A stretch of DNA of 62,943 bases, counting the filler, from Porpidia crustulata (lineage: Eukaryota), in assembly GCA_964255105.1 (NCBI GenBank). It is 9 parts of 9 records of this genome, joined end to end, with 100 filler letters (N's around TTAATTAATTAA, not from the genome) between each part and the next. Parts side by side here need not be neighbours in the genome. Positions count along the whole stretch, not along the records: positions 21,055 to 27,961 come from CAXUWE010001430.1; positions 28,062 to 34,967 come from CAXUWE010001431.1; 7 more parts are not named here. The stretch is one strand, 5' to 3'. The translations under genes and the position numbers were made by a program. How positions within the stretch are numbered: the stretch's first letter is position 1; every line of letters starts with the position of its first letter. Below, piece after piece: positions 21,642 through 32,701 of the stretch. The notes beneath the pieces were generated by a model. It did not search any database. It had not been told where the DNA came from and saw only the letters and a program-made list of their open reading frames with translations.

Positions 21642-23396
21642 TTAGTCTTCCACCCCCGACGCGCCGTCGTTTCCTTCCCACATCCTCCTCAGCAGGCCCG
21701 CAAGTCCATCTCCGTCCTCCTCCTCCTCCTCTTCATCCTCTCCGTCCCGTCGTCCAATCTCGAATCGGACTCGACCTCTGCTGGCAGGTCTGCTCAACGG
21801 TCTCGATCCGGCGCTCTGGCCGACCGCATGCGACTCGACCTCACGTACATCTTCCCTGTCACGTTCCCTTCGTTTCTTCTTGTCCCCGCTTCTCTTCTCC
21901 AGCCGAGCGACTCCTTCCACCAGCATATTGTGGAACCGTCGCCCGTTCCGAAACTCCAACTCCGCCTGTTCCCACTGCCTCAGCCGTCTTTCCGCGCTTC
22001 TTTCTCCGGCAAATCCCACCACCGCGTGTGCGCCGTGCATCATTGCCAGAGGCGGTTGCACCGCTGGAGCGTGCGCAGGTTCTCGGTTGATGGACATACG
22101 TTGGAGATCTAGTTTTAGCTGCGTCAGAGACTTGCTGCCTTCTCTAGGATCGCGCGCAGATTCAAATGGAGAAGATCGTAGATGATTTGGCGTCGTTGCT
22201 CGAGGAGGTGACGCAGATGGCTCGACACCATTGCTCAGCTGGGGATGCCGAAGATTACCTGCAGACTTGGCACGACGAGAAGCTTCGAGATAGCCATTGG
22301 CGCGAGGGGAGTTTGGTGATGGCTCTCGGTCGCGCTGGTTTTTATGATTATTGCGGTGAAAGCTAGCCAAGGTATTTTGGAGCCTGTCCACCGATGCAGG
22401 AGTTGCACTGCCAGAGGAGGAGCCTGTGGCATGAATGAATCGAGATATCCCGTCGGTGGGCATACTAAGCTCATTATGGAGAGTTGAGTCATTGGTATAG
22501 TTGAAAGCGGGAGAGCCATTAGATCCTGATGGGGTGATAGTGGCCGAGATGGACGAAAGCCTTGGGGGTGGATTATGTGGGGCACGGCTGTTGATCAGTC
22601 GATTGGTCACAACTTCTGCATCGGGTGGGCGAGAGTAACGATTAGGACGAATTTGCACTTCTTCTTTCGGTGCCTTGTATTGAATCTCAGCGCCGATCGT
22701 AGGCGGTGACTGAGGTGGAGAGTGAGGTAGATTTGTCGGAGAACGGGCGGGTGGATCATCTGGCGAAGGCGGGTCTATCGATTGATGTGCTTTAGATGGA
22801 CCCAAAGAACTTTGTCGAGTTGTGATTGGAGATTGTGAGCTACTAGCTTCCGTCCACTCTTCGTCCTGGCTTCCTACAGAGAATTGTGCTTTACCTTGTA
22901 ATGGTACGTCATTGGCACTGTCTTGCCGTAGATGTGAAAGTGGCTGGGACTTGGTGGGCTTTCCGAGTTTTGTCGAAGATACGTTGCGCTTCTGCGAGAG
23001 ATTTGATGTATTCCTCTTCATCGACAATTTCGATCCGACCTTTGGTAAACTGCTGCCAGAGCTACTCCGTCGCATATTTGGCGCGACCGGACTAGTAGCT
23101 AACGTATGAATCTTTGTGCTGGACTGATTGCTCGGCCGCGCATGGCCATCGCCAGGGCGTGCTAATGCCATTTTGGATGACTTGTTCAGGTTATTCAAGT
23201 TCTTGCCGTGGGAAGGGACCCTGCCAGGATGACCGTGACCAACAGTATGGGTCTTGTGCGACTTTTGTCCAGGCCCTTTGTGCGATGGGGTTGTTTGGCC
23301 ATTGGAAGGAGACCCTCGCGATAGAGATTGCGCAGATGAATTGCCGTCACCCAATTGCGGTCGACCTGCAGGTGAAGGAGAATCATGATAAGGCAT
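21642..23396 (-). CDS. Disordered S/P-rich protein, TORC1 subunit TCO89-like
   Basis: Single exon from the first ATG at 23396. EEWTEASSSQSP, KSLTQLKLDLQRMS (compare the TCO89 consensus SRTQQKLxLQR) and the C-terminal LLRRMWE. Confidence 0.65.
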   Translation of the reverse strand: MPYHDSPSPAGRPQLGDGNSSAQSLSRGSPSNGQTTPSHKGPGQKSHKTHTVGHGHPGRVPSHGKNLNNLNKSSKMALARPGDGHARPSNQSSTKIHTLATSPVAPNMRRSSSGSSLPKVGSKLSMKRNTSNLSQKRNVSSTKLGKPTKSQPLSHLRQDSANDVPLQGKAQFSVGSQDEEWTEASSSQSPITTRQSSLGPSKAHQSIDPPSPDDPPARSPTNLPHSPPQSPPTIGAEIQYKAPKEEVQIRPNRYSRPPDAEVVTNRLINSRAPHNPPPRLSSISATITPSGSNGSPAFNYTNDSTLHNELSMPTDGISRFIHATGSSSGSATPASVDRLQNTLASFHRNNHKNQRDREPSPNSPRANGYLEASRRAKSAGNLRHPQLSNGVEPSASPPRATTPNHLRSSPFESARDPREGSKSLTQLKLDLQRMSINREPAHAPAVQPPLAMMHGAHAVVGFAGERSAERRLRQWEQAELEFRNGRRFHNMLVEGVARLEKRSGDKKKRRERDREDVREVESHAVGQSAGSRPLSRPASRGRVRFEIGRRDGEDEEEEEEDGDGLAGLLRRMWEGNDGASGVED

Positions 23397-23942
23397 TTCT
23401 GTTGGGAACGGAGTAAGCTGATTCTCAGCTTCTGACGCAGGCAAATTGGTGACCTTAGCGGGCCGGAGGCGGTGAGCGCTGCGACTGCGACGATGATTGG
23501 AGGGTCAGTATAGTAGATGGCTGAGGATATTCGCACTGTGAAGATCTGGTTGATCAAGATCAATGCAGATAAGAATCCTCCGACTCTTTGAGCGCTGACA
23601 ACAACTCAATGGATGGCAGTTGTTGAAGGAGTCGTAAGGAGGTGAACACAAAATCCATTGGCGGCGTCACTGGCCAATCGGCTCTTGCCGATGGTATGCG
23701 TTTCAGCACTAACAAGTACCAGGTACCTTATTGCCTTGCGCATATGATTGCCACATTCGGTAAATCTATCCTACTTGTTTCTCCATAGTCAAATCATGAA
23801 AGACTTCAAGAGAATATTGGAAGGTAGGTAGGGATATGTTCGTATTTGCCCATCTAAATCTAAGACTTTCCAAATCCAAATCCAAATGCTCAAGCCTTGG
23901 GTTAATGCAAACCCCACAATTGTCCGCAAAAGTATAAAACAT

Positions 23943-26900
23943 CTAGTAGACCTCAAGAACGTATCGAAGGTCATCCTTGAGCCTCTCAATCTCTTTCTTC
24001 GGGTCCGTTCTCTTTCCTATTGCCTTCGCATCTATTGCAATGGCATCCTCGAGGACATTGGTCACATCTGGAACTGGCCACGTAGGACCGCACAGATAGA
24101 ATGTACCGTCTTCTTTGAGATAGGCTTGGGTGATTTCTTCCAAGGTCTCCCGCATTCGATCCTGAATGTATATCTTCTGTGGCTGGTCACGCGAAAATGC
24201 GCGACCCAGCAGCGTGATCACTCCCGCATCCTGATAAGCCTCCCATTCTTCCCCGTAACAGTACTCCTCTCGCTGATGCCGCGAGCCCATGTACAGAAGA
24301 ACAGATCCAATCTCTTTGCCTTGCGCTTTCTCCCACGCACGGTATTGAACGAAAGCTCGGAAAGGCGCCAAACCGGTACCAAGGCCAGCCATGATTAGCG
24401 GTTGGGTGGACTTTGGCGGAAGCTTCATTACGCTTGGCTTCAAGGAAACCGTTACAGCGGCTCCAACTTTGAGTTTGTTGAGGAATCGGGTAGCTTGACC
24501 AAATCGATCGCGGCCTTGCGGGTCTACCCACCCCACCACAACGATCATAAGAGCGACAATAGTAAGTGTGACCTTCTGGCAGGATGCTATCGAGTATTCT
24601 CTTCGCTTCATCGGGCTAATGATTCGAACGATGTCGTGAAAACTAGGATGAGCTGAAGAAAATTCCAGGAGAATATCGGCGTACGTTATTGTGTCAACTT
24701 CAGCCCTTCTCTTGAACTCTGCGGCTCCTTCGGAACCTCCGAGAGTCAAGAGCTCCTTTTGCTCTTTGGGGTCTTCAGCGAAGTCGGCGAGAGCTTCATA
24801 GAATCGTTTCGGCGGTCGGCCAAAGATATCCACGTTCTGCATCAACGCCTGGTACACGGTCCTGTTTTCAAGTACTCTTGGATCCTCCCTACTCGGTACT
24901 TCCACAATTTCTTCCGGATTGAGTTTGTAGATTTTGATGAATTCCTCAACCTCGTACTCGTCGTTCTCCGCATGAATTCCAAGGGCTTCACCGATATCAT
25001 ATGTCAATCCCGAGGTCCCAAGATCGAATTCAATATGGAAGATATTTCTATCGTAGCTTGGAGGCGTGAGTCTTCGGTTCTCCTGAACGTGAATAGTGTG
25101 GGTCTTGATAGCAAGGTCTGGACGAAGAGCTGCCTTGGTCCCGTAAGCTTCCTTGAATGCCAGACCCTTGGCAGCTGTTTTCCAGTCCTTGAGATACGTT
25201 GCCGGTTCAGTCTCAATCTTGTCAAATACAACAAAACTACTGACATTGACGTCAGAAGGTAGATTAAGCCCTACGTTGTCCTTTTCTGCTTCGGACCAGT
25301 GCTCAGGGACTTCGATCTTCCGCAGAGCAAAATCCAGTGACTTGGCCATATCTCCGATCAGATCAGGAGTACCGTTGATCGAGGCTACCTTCTGTTTCCC
25401 AAGATTGTCTTGACTGGGAAGACAGATCCGTAGAAATGCAACCTGAACTAAATAGGTCTCGTTTGATGGATCGTTTGCGACAGATTCGACTTTAAGCGGA
25501 TCAAGGGTATATAATTGAGCTGTTTTGCTGACCAGAGCCTTCCGGAAATCGGTGGGAAGTTTTCCCTCGATCTCGTCATCCTTAATACCTGGCAATTTGA
25601 GGACAACCTTTCCGCCGGTCCGGAGGCCGTTCAAAACATCAAAAGAACTGAGCAAACTGATATCACCCAGAAACACCATGTCCGCAGCATCGATGGAGTA
25701 TGGAGCATCAAGAAGCTTCTTGGACTTCCGGATGTCAGTCTTGACTATCCCTCCGCACACTAGATTATCAAGTACAGTTTTGATGGTGACATTGTTCGCC
25801 GACTCTGTCGATAATGCTTGCCCAAGTATGATTGAAGCATTGGCTGAAGGCGACTGGCTCAGATCCCAGAACGTGTATTGCTGCACGTGCGATGGGTCAA
25901 TCAACTGGAGGGGCACAACTGGTTCACTATCTTCCCCCGTACTCTCAGTGCCTTTCAATACCGGTTTGCTGACTAGAAGTTGGAACGCTGCTGCAACAGA
26001 GACTGGCGTCCACAGTTGCTCTCTTGGATACTTGATATCGACTACAGTCGGCGACGAAGGTGAGTAGTTGGAGAAAGTCACAGCAGCTACTACGTCCCCA
26101 TAGAGATTAGACCGAACATTCGGGTCAGAAACAGCCTGTGTGTCTTGTACTTGGCCAAGCACACCAATAGTCTTGACCGATGTTGGAAGAACTTTGACGA
26201 ATTCTTCTTCCACAAAAGGCCGGTACACCCTTACATTCAAGACGCCAATCTTGGCGCCGTCTCTTTCTAAAGAGGATGCAACCTGGGAAGCCAATGAAGA
26301 CTCCACAGTACCAAAAACGACCAATACAGAGTCTGGCTCCGAATGACCCTGATACTCAAACAGTCCATACATTGTTCCAAGTTCATCATTGAAAGCCTTC
26401 AGCAACTGTGTAGCCCTTGTGTCGGTATCTGCGCCCTTGCTACTCAACCCTGCGGCTTTATCCAGGACCAACTTATAAACATTTGTGAGGCCCGATTGAT
26501 CCAGAACATCAATGATTCTGGTAGTCTCATTCCCTACCCTAACACCATCATAGATGTGTATGGTTGGAAGTATGCTTGCGAGTAGCGTCGAGAATAATGA
26601 CATGTGCTGCGCTTCATAAGCGGAGAAGCTCGATACTATCCCAAATCCCAGTTCCTCGGCCAATGTGAGCGCCGAGACGTAGTCGGTGACTAGGGAGGAC
26701 GACGCCCCAGCATAGTCGACAGCTGCAACATGAGCGACGAATGGACTTGCGATGGAGTACAAAAGCGATAGCTGGTCCAATGCTCCACGAAGATATTGTA
26801 GAGCCGACGACGATGCAAGAATTGACTGGGGGATGTAACGTCTCTTCAAATCAAAATCCTTGGAGAAGATATATCCTAAAGCAATTGTGGCGGCACCTTG

Positions 26901-27224
26901 CCGGATTTGCATGGACTCAGTTTTTGTAGGGTAGCCATGGGAGTTGTGGACACCTTCTCGGTACCAAGACGTGACGGCGACATCGAGGTCGAATGTCTCG
27001 GGAGAGTATGTCCATAGCGTGTCGGACAAAGCATAAGCGACCTGTTGAACGAGTGTCTGTGCGGTCAGGTAAGTAGGTCCACTGATGGATGTGAACGGTA
27101 TAATCTGTCCAAATGGTAGACTCGATGACTGCTGTTTGAATAACTTTGATTCCTTTTCAGGGCCTTCCCAGGGTTGGATCAGTGGCCCAGCTGGGCCATT
27201 TGATTCAGCCGCCTGTAAATGCAT
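23943..27224 (-). CDS. MET10: Sulfite reductase (NADPH) flavoprotein alpha subunit
   Basis: 1093-aa ORF. PFOR-like N-terminal part (VRVYRPF), FAD-binding NIFHIEFDL and KRREYSIAS, NADPH-binding MAGLGTGLAPFRAF, AFSRDQPQKIYIQD, FYLCGPTW, and C-terminal YVLEVY. Confidence 0.96.
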   Translation of the reverse strand: MHLQAAESNGPAGPLIQPWEGPEKESKLFKQQSSSLPFGQIIPFTSISGPTYLTAQTLVQQVAYALSDTLWTYSPETFDLDVAVTSWYREGVHNSHGYPTKTESMQIRQGAATIALGYIFSKDFDLKRRYIPQSILASSSALQYLRGALDQLSLLYSIASPFVAHVAAVDYAGASSSLVTDYVSALTLAEELGFGIVSSFSAYEAQHMSLFSTLLASILPTIHIYDGVRVGNETTRIIDVLDQSGLTNVYKLVLDKAAGLSSKGADTDTRATQLLKAFNDELGTMYGLFEYQGHSEPDSVLVVFGTVESSLASQVASSLERDGAKIGVLNVRVYRPFVEEEFVKVLPTSVKTIGVLGQVQDTQAVSDPNVRSNLYGDVVAAVTFSNYSPSSPTVVDIKYPREQLWTPVSVAAAFQLLVSKPVLKGTESTGEDSEPVVPLQLIDPSHVQQYTFWDLSQSPSANASIILGQALSTESANNVTIKTVLDNLVCGGIVKTDIRKSKKLLDAPYSIDAADMVFLGDISLLSSFDVLNGLRTGGKVVLKLPGIKDDEIEGKLPTDFRKALVSKTAQLYTLDPLKVESVANDPSNETYLVQVAFLRICLPSQDNLGKQKVASINGTPDLIGDMAKSLDFALRKIEVPEHWSEAEKDNVGLNLPSDVNVSSFVVFDKIETEPATYLKDWKTAAKGLAFKEAYGTKAALRPDLAIKTHTIHVQENRRLTPPSYDRNIFHIEFDLGTSGLTYDIGEALGIHAENDEYEVEEFIKIYKLNPEEIVEVPSREDPRVLENRTVYQALMQNVDIFGRPPKRFYEALADFAEDPKEQKELLTLGGSEGAAEFKRRAEVDTITYADILLEFSSAHPSFHDIVRIISPMKRREYSIASCQKVTLTIVALMIVVVGWVDPQGRDRFGQATRFLNKLKVGAAVTVSLKPSVMKLPPKSTQPLIMAGLGTGLAPFRAFVQYRAWEKAQGKEIGSVLLYMGSRHQREEYCYGEEWEAYQDAGVITLLGRAFSRDQPQKIYIQDRMRETLEEITQAYLKEDGTFYLCGPTWPVPDVTNVLEDAIAIDAKAIGKRTDPKKEIERLKDDLRYVLEVY

Positions 27225-29660
27225 GGTAAGATATCAACCAGATGGATATTATAGAAATATCGAGGAAGTGTAGACACAAGGTTAAGAGCAAACAACAATT
27301 ATATCCAACCGCCATGATGACCGAGACTTAGGTTGTTTGCGCCACTGGGTAAAATTATTCTAGTTGAGCACGCAATTTCTGGTCTCGGATGATGTGCTCA
27401 TTATCTGATTTTGTCTAATCCCTGCGGTCTGATTAGATTAGATGAAATTGATATCTAATCAGCTTGTCAGCCTATCGACCTCCAGGGATCTAACTCAAGC
27501 GACGCACGTTTGATTGGAGATCCGAGTGTACAGTTGATTGGTACTTACGCCGGAAGGTGATTTGGAGACCCAGTCAGCCTTAGGGCAGAACCTGATTAGA
27601 CTGCCCACCTTTTGAGATCCGACAATTGTCCTGCTTGCTACCCATCAAGAACAATCGTCTTGTTTTCTTGAACATCAGGGGGTTTCGCAACCCGAACGTA
27701 GCAGTATTTCCTTTGCAAAAGCTGTTAGCCCCTCGTCTCTAAGCTTAGACGAGCTTGGCGCTGTGTCCGGAGATTAAATCCCGGCCTGAGAGTAGTGAGC
27801 TTATTGACTGAAAATGGTCTTGTTGACACTAGAATGTACTAGTGCCTAACTAGATTGGTGGGCTTAGGAAGTAGATATCATCGGTAATGCCACGGCCGCC
27901 GCTGTTATTCTGTACAGTGAGGGGACGGGGGGGGTGGGTGGGAGAGATGACATTACTCTATNNNNNNNNNNNNNNNNNNNNNNNNNNNNNNNNNNNNNNN
28001 NNNNNTTAATTAATTAANNNNNNNNNNNNNNNNNNNNNNNNNNNNNNNNNNNNNNNNNNNNTCATTAGGCTCGGCACCACCTTGATCCGGTGGGCTGCTG
28101 GGGATGTTGGGGAAGATCTGATCGTAACAGAGCCCCCTCATTCTCGTGTAGCTTCTGAAAGGTTTAAAACGCTATTACTCTCTCATGAAAGTCGGCTCGT
28201 ACGTGGTTTCTGATTAAATATATAAATAACGAGATAGACCGAACTGCTGGATATTGAGTATGATGCTCGTTTGAAGTATTTCTGCAGAATACAACTCTTA
28301 GATTCAGTGTTCATCAGCTGGAACCCACCTCAGTCTAAAAACCCTCCTGAAAATCGAGGTCGGAACCGCCGAAAATTGTTCCACATTGGTGTTTTTGCTC
28401 AGAATAAATTAGACTATGCTCGGAGGACCACTGGTGACTCAATTGTAAGACGTCTAGATGAAGAGGTGTCAAGTGGCCTTAATCGGGCCCATTCTCTGGT
28501 AAAGAGCGCAGCTCTTTATGCCCAAGACCGATTAATAATTAACTCGGTGGTCAAGGCTAGTGCCATGGGATAGTCATTTCTACATTCATGCGACCAATTG
28601 AGCCTCATTTTAATTTCCACCTTTTTTGAGAATTCTCCTGGTGGATATGCATTAATTTCGGCAACGCCCGAGGCATTATAACATTGCAACTCTTCTCGGT
28701 TCGCTTGGTCTGCCAATCGGTAGGGAGAGACGTGTCCAAGTATTTGTTGAGACTAGCTTCTGTGTAATTGGTATAATGATCGCCAGTATCGGGCATTCCG
28801 TCAGGAAAATGTCGTGACTTCAGGTGTTACGATGTCTCACTGTTCTAAACCATCCTCATAAATAAGTAAGACTCGATTATCTTGGAACTCTGAGAATTCA
28901 TGTGAGTCTCCAAGCATTTTTGCCGGTTTGGAATGTGTTTGAACAGCCTACTGAAACGACAGCCATAAAATCGCGAGAAATACATGTCTTACAATATATA
29001 GAGTGCACTGGTCAGTGCAAGAATCAAAAGACGTAAACGCTGTAGAGTAAGGAGTTGAAATATGAACGAAGGTGGAAGCTGGTAGGAATCGAACTTAGAA
29101 GCTTCGCCCACCAAAAGCAAAAGAGTAAGTCACGCGGTGAAAGATACAAAAGACTTGGGGTGTTTAAACATCCGCATGATTTGAATGATACTGACACTGC
29201 ATTATTTGGTAGTGATGGTTGGGATAGAAAGAGCTATCTCGTAGAGCTTTTTGGAGATTTCCATAATTATCGAATGGCGTTTTAGCATCCTCGAGGATCA
29301 GTATTTAATTGGAGATCTGCTTCCACTTCTCAACCAAGCTGTAGCAAATGGACGTTGTAATGCCAAGGATTTGGGACCACACTTCGAGGTCTTACGAGAT
29401 GAAATCCATCAACGTACTATAGCGTACTTTTACAGGTCTATAGGCTGAGAAGTTGAAGCCTTTCGAAGGTCAATGGAGAAGTGGGACAAGTAACACTGAG
29501 GAGGATGGGATATCATTGAAGGTTTGTGAGTGCAGGGATTGTTCTTCCCGCGCGGCTCCTTTGTAGCCTGAGTGTCCTCTTCGAATTGAGTAGTCAACGA
29601 TCCTCACTGCGTGCATCTGTAGATGCTTGAGCGACGTGCCTTCTATCCTATGAAAGCAGG

Positions 29661-30530
29661 ATGAGTAAGACGCGCAAAGATAGTCTCTCCTCCCGTGGCT
29701 TCGTAATCATTCCATCGGGCCTAAATTCCTCTCAGCTCCATGATCTTCGCGAAGCTTGCACGCGGGCGAAGACCGTAGCAACCGCAGGAGAGTGGCCTCA
29801 CGTACGAACCCTTCCCAGACAGTTTCCTCCGTGGAGCTCGGACATATCAAACGGCATTTGGGGCGTTCAGCATTTGATGCACCCGGAAATGCCCTACCAT
29901 AATTTATTTGCTGAAAGCTACTTCTCTGACACTATTATCGAGGTCGTTCAAGAATTGCTTTCATGCTCCGACGAGGAGCTTGTCATGGAACTGCACAATC
30001 TCCTCATCACGCCAACCTATGACTTCTCCCTACGTTGGCACCGCGACGATATACCTCCCTCGGCCACTGCACAAGAGGAGCTTGGCAAGCTTTCTGAGCC
30101 AGCTTGGCACGCGCAATGGAATCTAGCCCTGTACGACGATGAAAGCCTGGTCGTTGTCCCGGGGTCCCACGCTCGTGCGCGTACTGACGAAGAAAGGTAT
30201 GCAGACCCGTATGAAGGGAATATGCCGGACCAGCTCCTGGTGCGCCTTCAATCTGGAGACATGGTCTTCTACAACAACAACATTTTACATCGAGGGATAT
30301 ACAAGTCGGACGTTACTCGGATGACACTGCATGGATCCATTGGCCACATCCTTGGTGGACACTCAAGAGCTAGGAATGTCCTACAACATGGCGTTGGAGC
30401 ATGGGTTGATAGATGCAACTTTGATGCGATCGGAGATGGAAAGGTCAAGGAAAGAGCTGAGTCGATGAGGCGGAAGTTACTAAAGCTAGGAAGAGAGGCC
30501 GGGCACACCGGATATTCTCACATAGATTAA
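29661..30530 (+). CDS. Phytanoyl-CoA dioxygenase (PhyH)-family Fe/2OG oxygenase
   Basis: 289-aa ORF with HxD motif WHRD, LVVVPGSH, distal His in ILHRG and R(M)TLH. Fungal subfamily motif PRQFPPW...GIWGVQHLMHP. Confidence 0.88.
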   Translation: MSKTRKDSLSSRGFVIIPSGLNSSQLHDLREACTRAKTVATAGEWPHVRTLPRQFPPWSSDISNGIWGVQHLMHPEMPYHNLFAESYFSDTIIEVVQELLSCSDEELVMELHNLLITPTYDFSLRWHRDDIPPSATAQEELGKLSEPAWHAQWNLALYDDESLVVVPGSHARARTDEERYADPYEGNMPDQLLVRLQSGDMVFYNNNILHRGIYKSDVTRMTLHGSIGHILGGHSRARNVLQHGVGAWVDRCNFDAIGDGKVKERAESMRRKLLKLGREAGHTGYSHID

Positions 30531-32150
30531 GCATCTCGCGTTACTCGTAAGATGAAGCAAAGGCTCATGCAGTCCTCGCTGCCCATCACCAGGATGCGCA
30601 CCGCTGAAGGTAAATAACGCATATTCCCAATCACAGCCTTCAGTCAACTGTTCGTCAGGGACGGCCGTGAGAGACCAATTCTTTGTTGGCTAGAGCGTAT
30701 GACAGAGACGCTCAGGGCCACTGATCTAGAGCCTGCATTGTATGCCGCAAGGTAAATTGATACGATAATTGATTTACCGTAGGCTGTTGTGGTAACGCCA
30801 TCCTGGATGAGAGATACGACGGTAGGTAGCCATGTCTCTGAAGGCTGATCTGGGTTTGGAAATGCACCGCGACACTGTCAATTCCAAGATTGAGGTAATT
30901 CAAGCGAATCGGCGATGTTATTCCTCGAGAACGGTTTGGCGAGCCACTGTTCTAGTGCCACCATTTCCTAGCATTCGCTTACTAACCTGCGCTTGTTCTG
31001 CCCGCATCAACTCAGCTCAACCCACTCAGCAGCCATTGAAGCGGATGATTGAAAGAAGAGCGCTCGAAGGGCTTACCTGAGTACTGCGCTATTCAAGTTC
31101 TCTCGTACCCAGCTCCGCTCCCTAAGCGAACAGGAACTACACCATAGCTAGTATACTCTACTACTACGCCTTGTCACTAACCGTCTACAGTAACTTCCCT
31201 CAAAAGCCTCCTTCCCCGCATTCTACGCATGGCTTTATTATATACGAAGACGAAGAGTAAAGCTGCCATAGTCTGGCCAAATGCAATTTTCCTCTCGTAA
31301 GAGAACGTACGGTTGTGGTAGACTACCCCAGATGTGGAAATACATACTGATGGCTCTGGTGGAAAATCGCTCTTGACAGTTCCTTCAAGATACGCTACTC
31401 CATGCCCCTTGTGTGGACCTGATCTTTAGGACCATTATCTCAGGCACCAAGTGTGTTCAGCCTTCGACCAAAATTAGACGACAAAAATTTGTGACCACCT
31501 CATGAAAGGCGATTGCTTCAACCAGTAATTTGTGACAAGGCTGATGTCAAGCTCCAGCTGAGGACTCTCTGTGACTCTGTACTTACCGTATTAAGTCCAT
31601 GTGTCAGATTCGAACATGTTCTTAATTCCCATACCAAAATTGACTGTCAATCCTCTCGAGTTGTGGCTCGGATAGCTCTCTTGGCTATCGAATGCTAGTC
31701 GTTAGTTTGCGATCTATCTCCTCTTTCTCTTTCTAAACGAATCTAAGACTCAGTCGTGAAGATTCTCGAAGATTTCCGGTCGATGCAATGCATAGTATTG
31801 TATGAAAAGCACCACTCGGCGGCGTTCACAATTTTTGATTTACGTAAATTAGGATCCTTCATGCTTTCTGTATAAAGCGGATAGACTCCAGAAGTCTCCT
31901 TGGCAATCGATACGCGATGTTTAGTCCCACTACCTTGAACTCGAATGAAAGAGAGTTCTCAGCCTAGGCTTGGCGAAGCCTGAGGTCGGAATACAGCCCA
32001 GAGCCCACTCTCCATGGTATCGTGCTGGTTGAAAACTCTATAAGAAGGGTTTGATTTCCCAAAGAGAAGACCATCCTCTGATTCCATCTATCCAGACACC
32101 AACACATAATCCAGTTGCACCAACCCTCAGTCAGACAAACTTTTTACAAG

Positions 32151-32701
32151 ATGCTCTTCAACTTCAAGGCCCTGGTTGCCGCTGCAACTCTTTTTACTGC
32201 AGCCCTAGCCGCTGTGAGCCCCTTTTTCTCACATCTCGAGACATTCTAATGATTGCAACCTGTAGCCACAGCCCGACGCTTCTGCAGACGGTCCCGTCAG
32301 CAAACGCTGGAACTGCCCCCGCTGGGACGACGGCAACAAATGTGCGCAGGGTGTTGCGGGCTTGTATCTCGGGGCTGGCAACAACAAATCCCGGCAGGTA
32401 GAGCGTCTGATCGAGGAATTGATCGGATGGAAGGACCAAGGCTGTGATAAAGATGATCTCTACCTTGACTGCGACGAGGACGGGGAGCACTGTGGTTGGG
32501 ACGCACCGACTAAGCCGTGGTACAACCCGAAGCACAATGACGGCCAATGCGACCAGGGCTGGAAGGATTGGTGTGACAATGAGCATCCCTACAAGCATTG
32601 CCGCGTCCGTAAGTCAGCCTGGGAGCTGAGCTGCGAATTGAAAGGCACTTTTGCTGACTTGAAGGCCAACAGGATGCCGAGGCAAGCCGGAGTGTATCTG
32701 A
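32151..32701 (+). CDS. Small secreted cysteine-rich prepro-protein (144 aa, 3 exons)
   Basis: Exons 32151-32213, 32266-32608 and 32673-32701. Introns GTGAGC..CTAAT..TAG and GTAAGT..CTGAC..CAG. Signal peptide, pro-segment ending in KR, mature part with 10 Cys. Confidence 0.8.
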
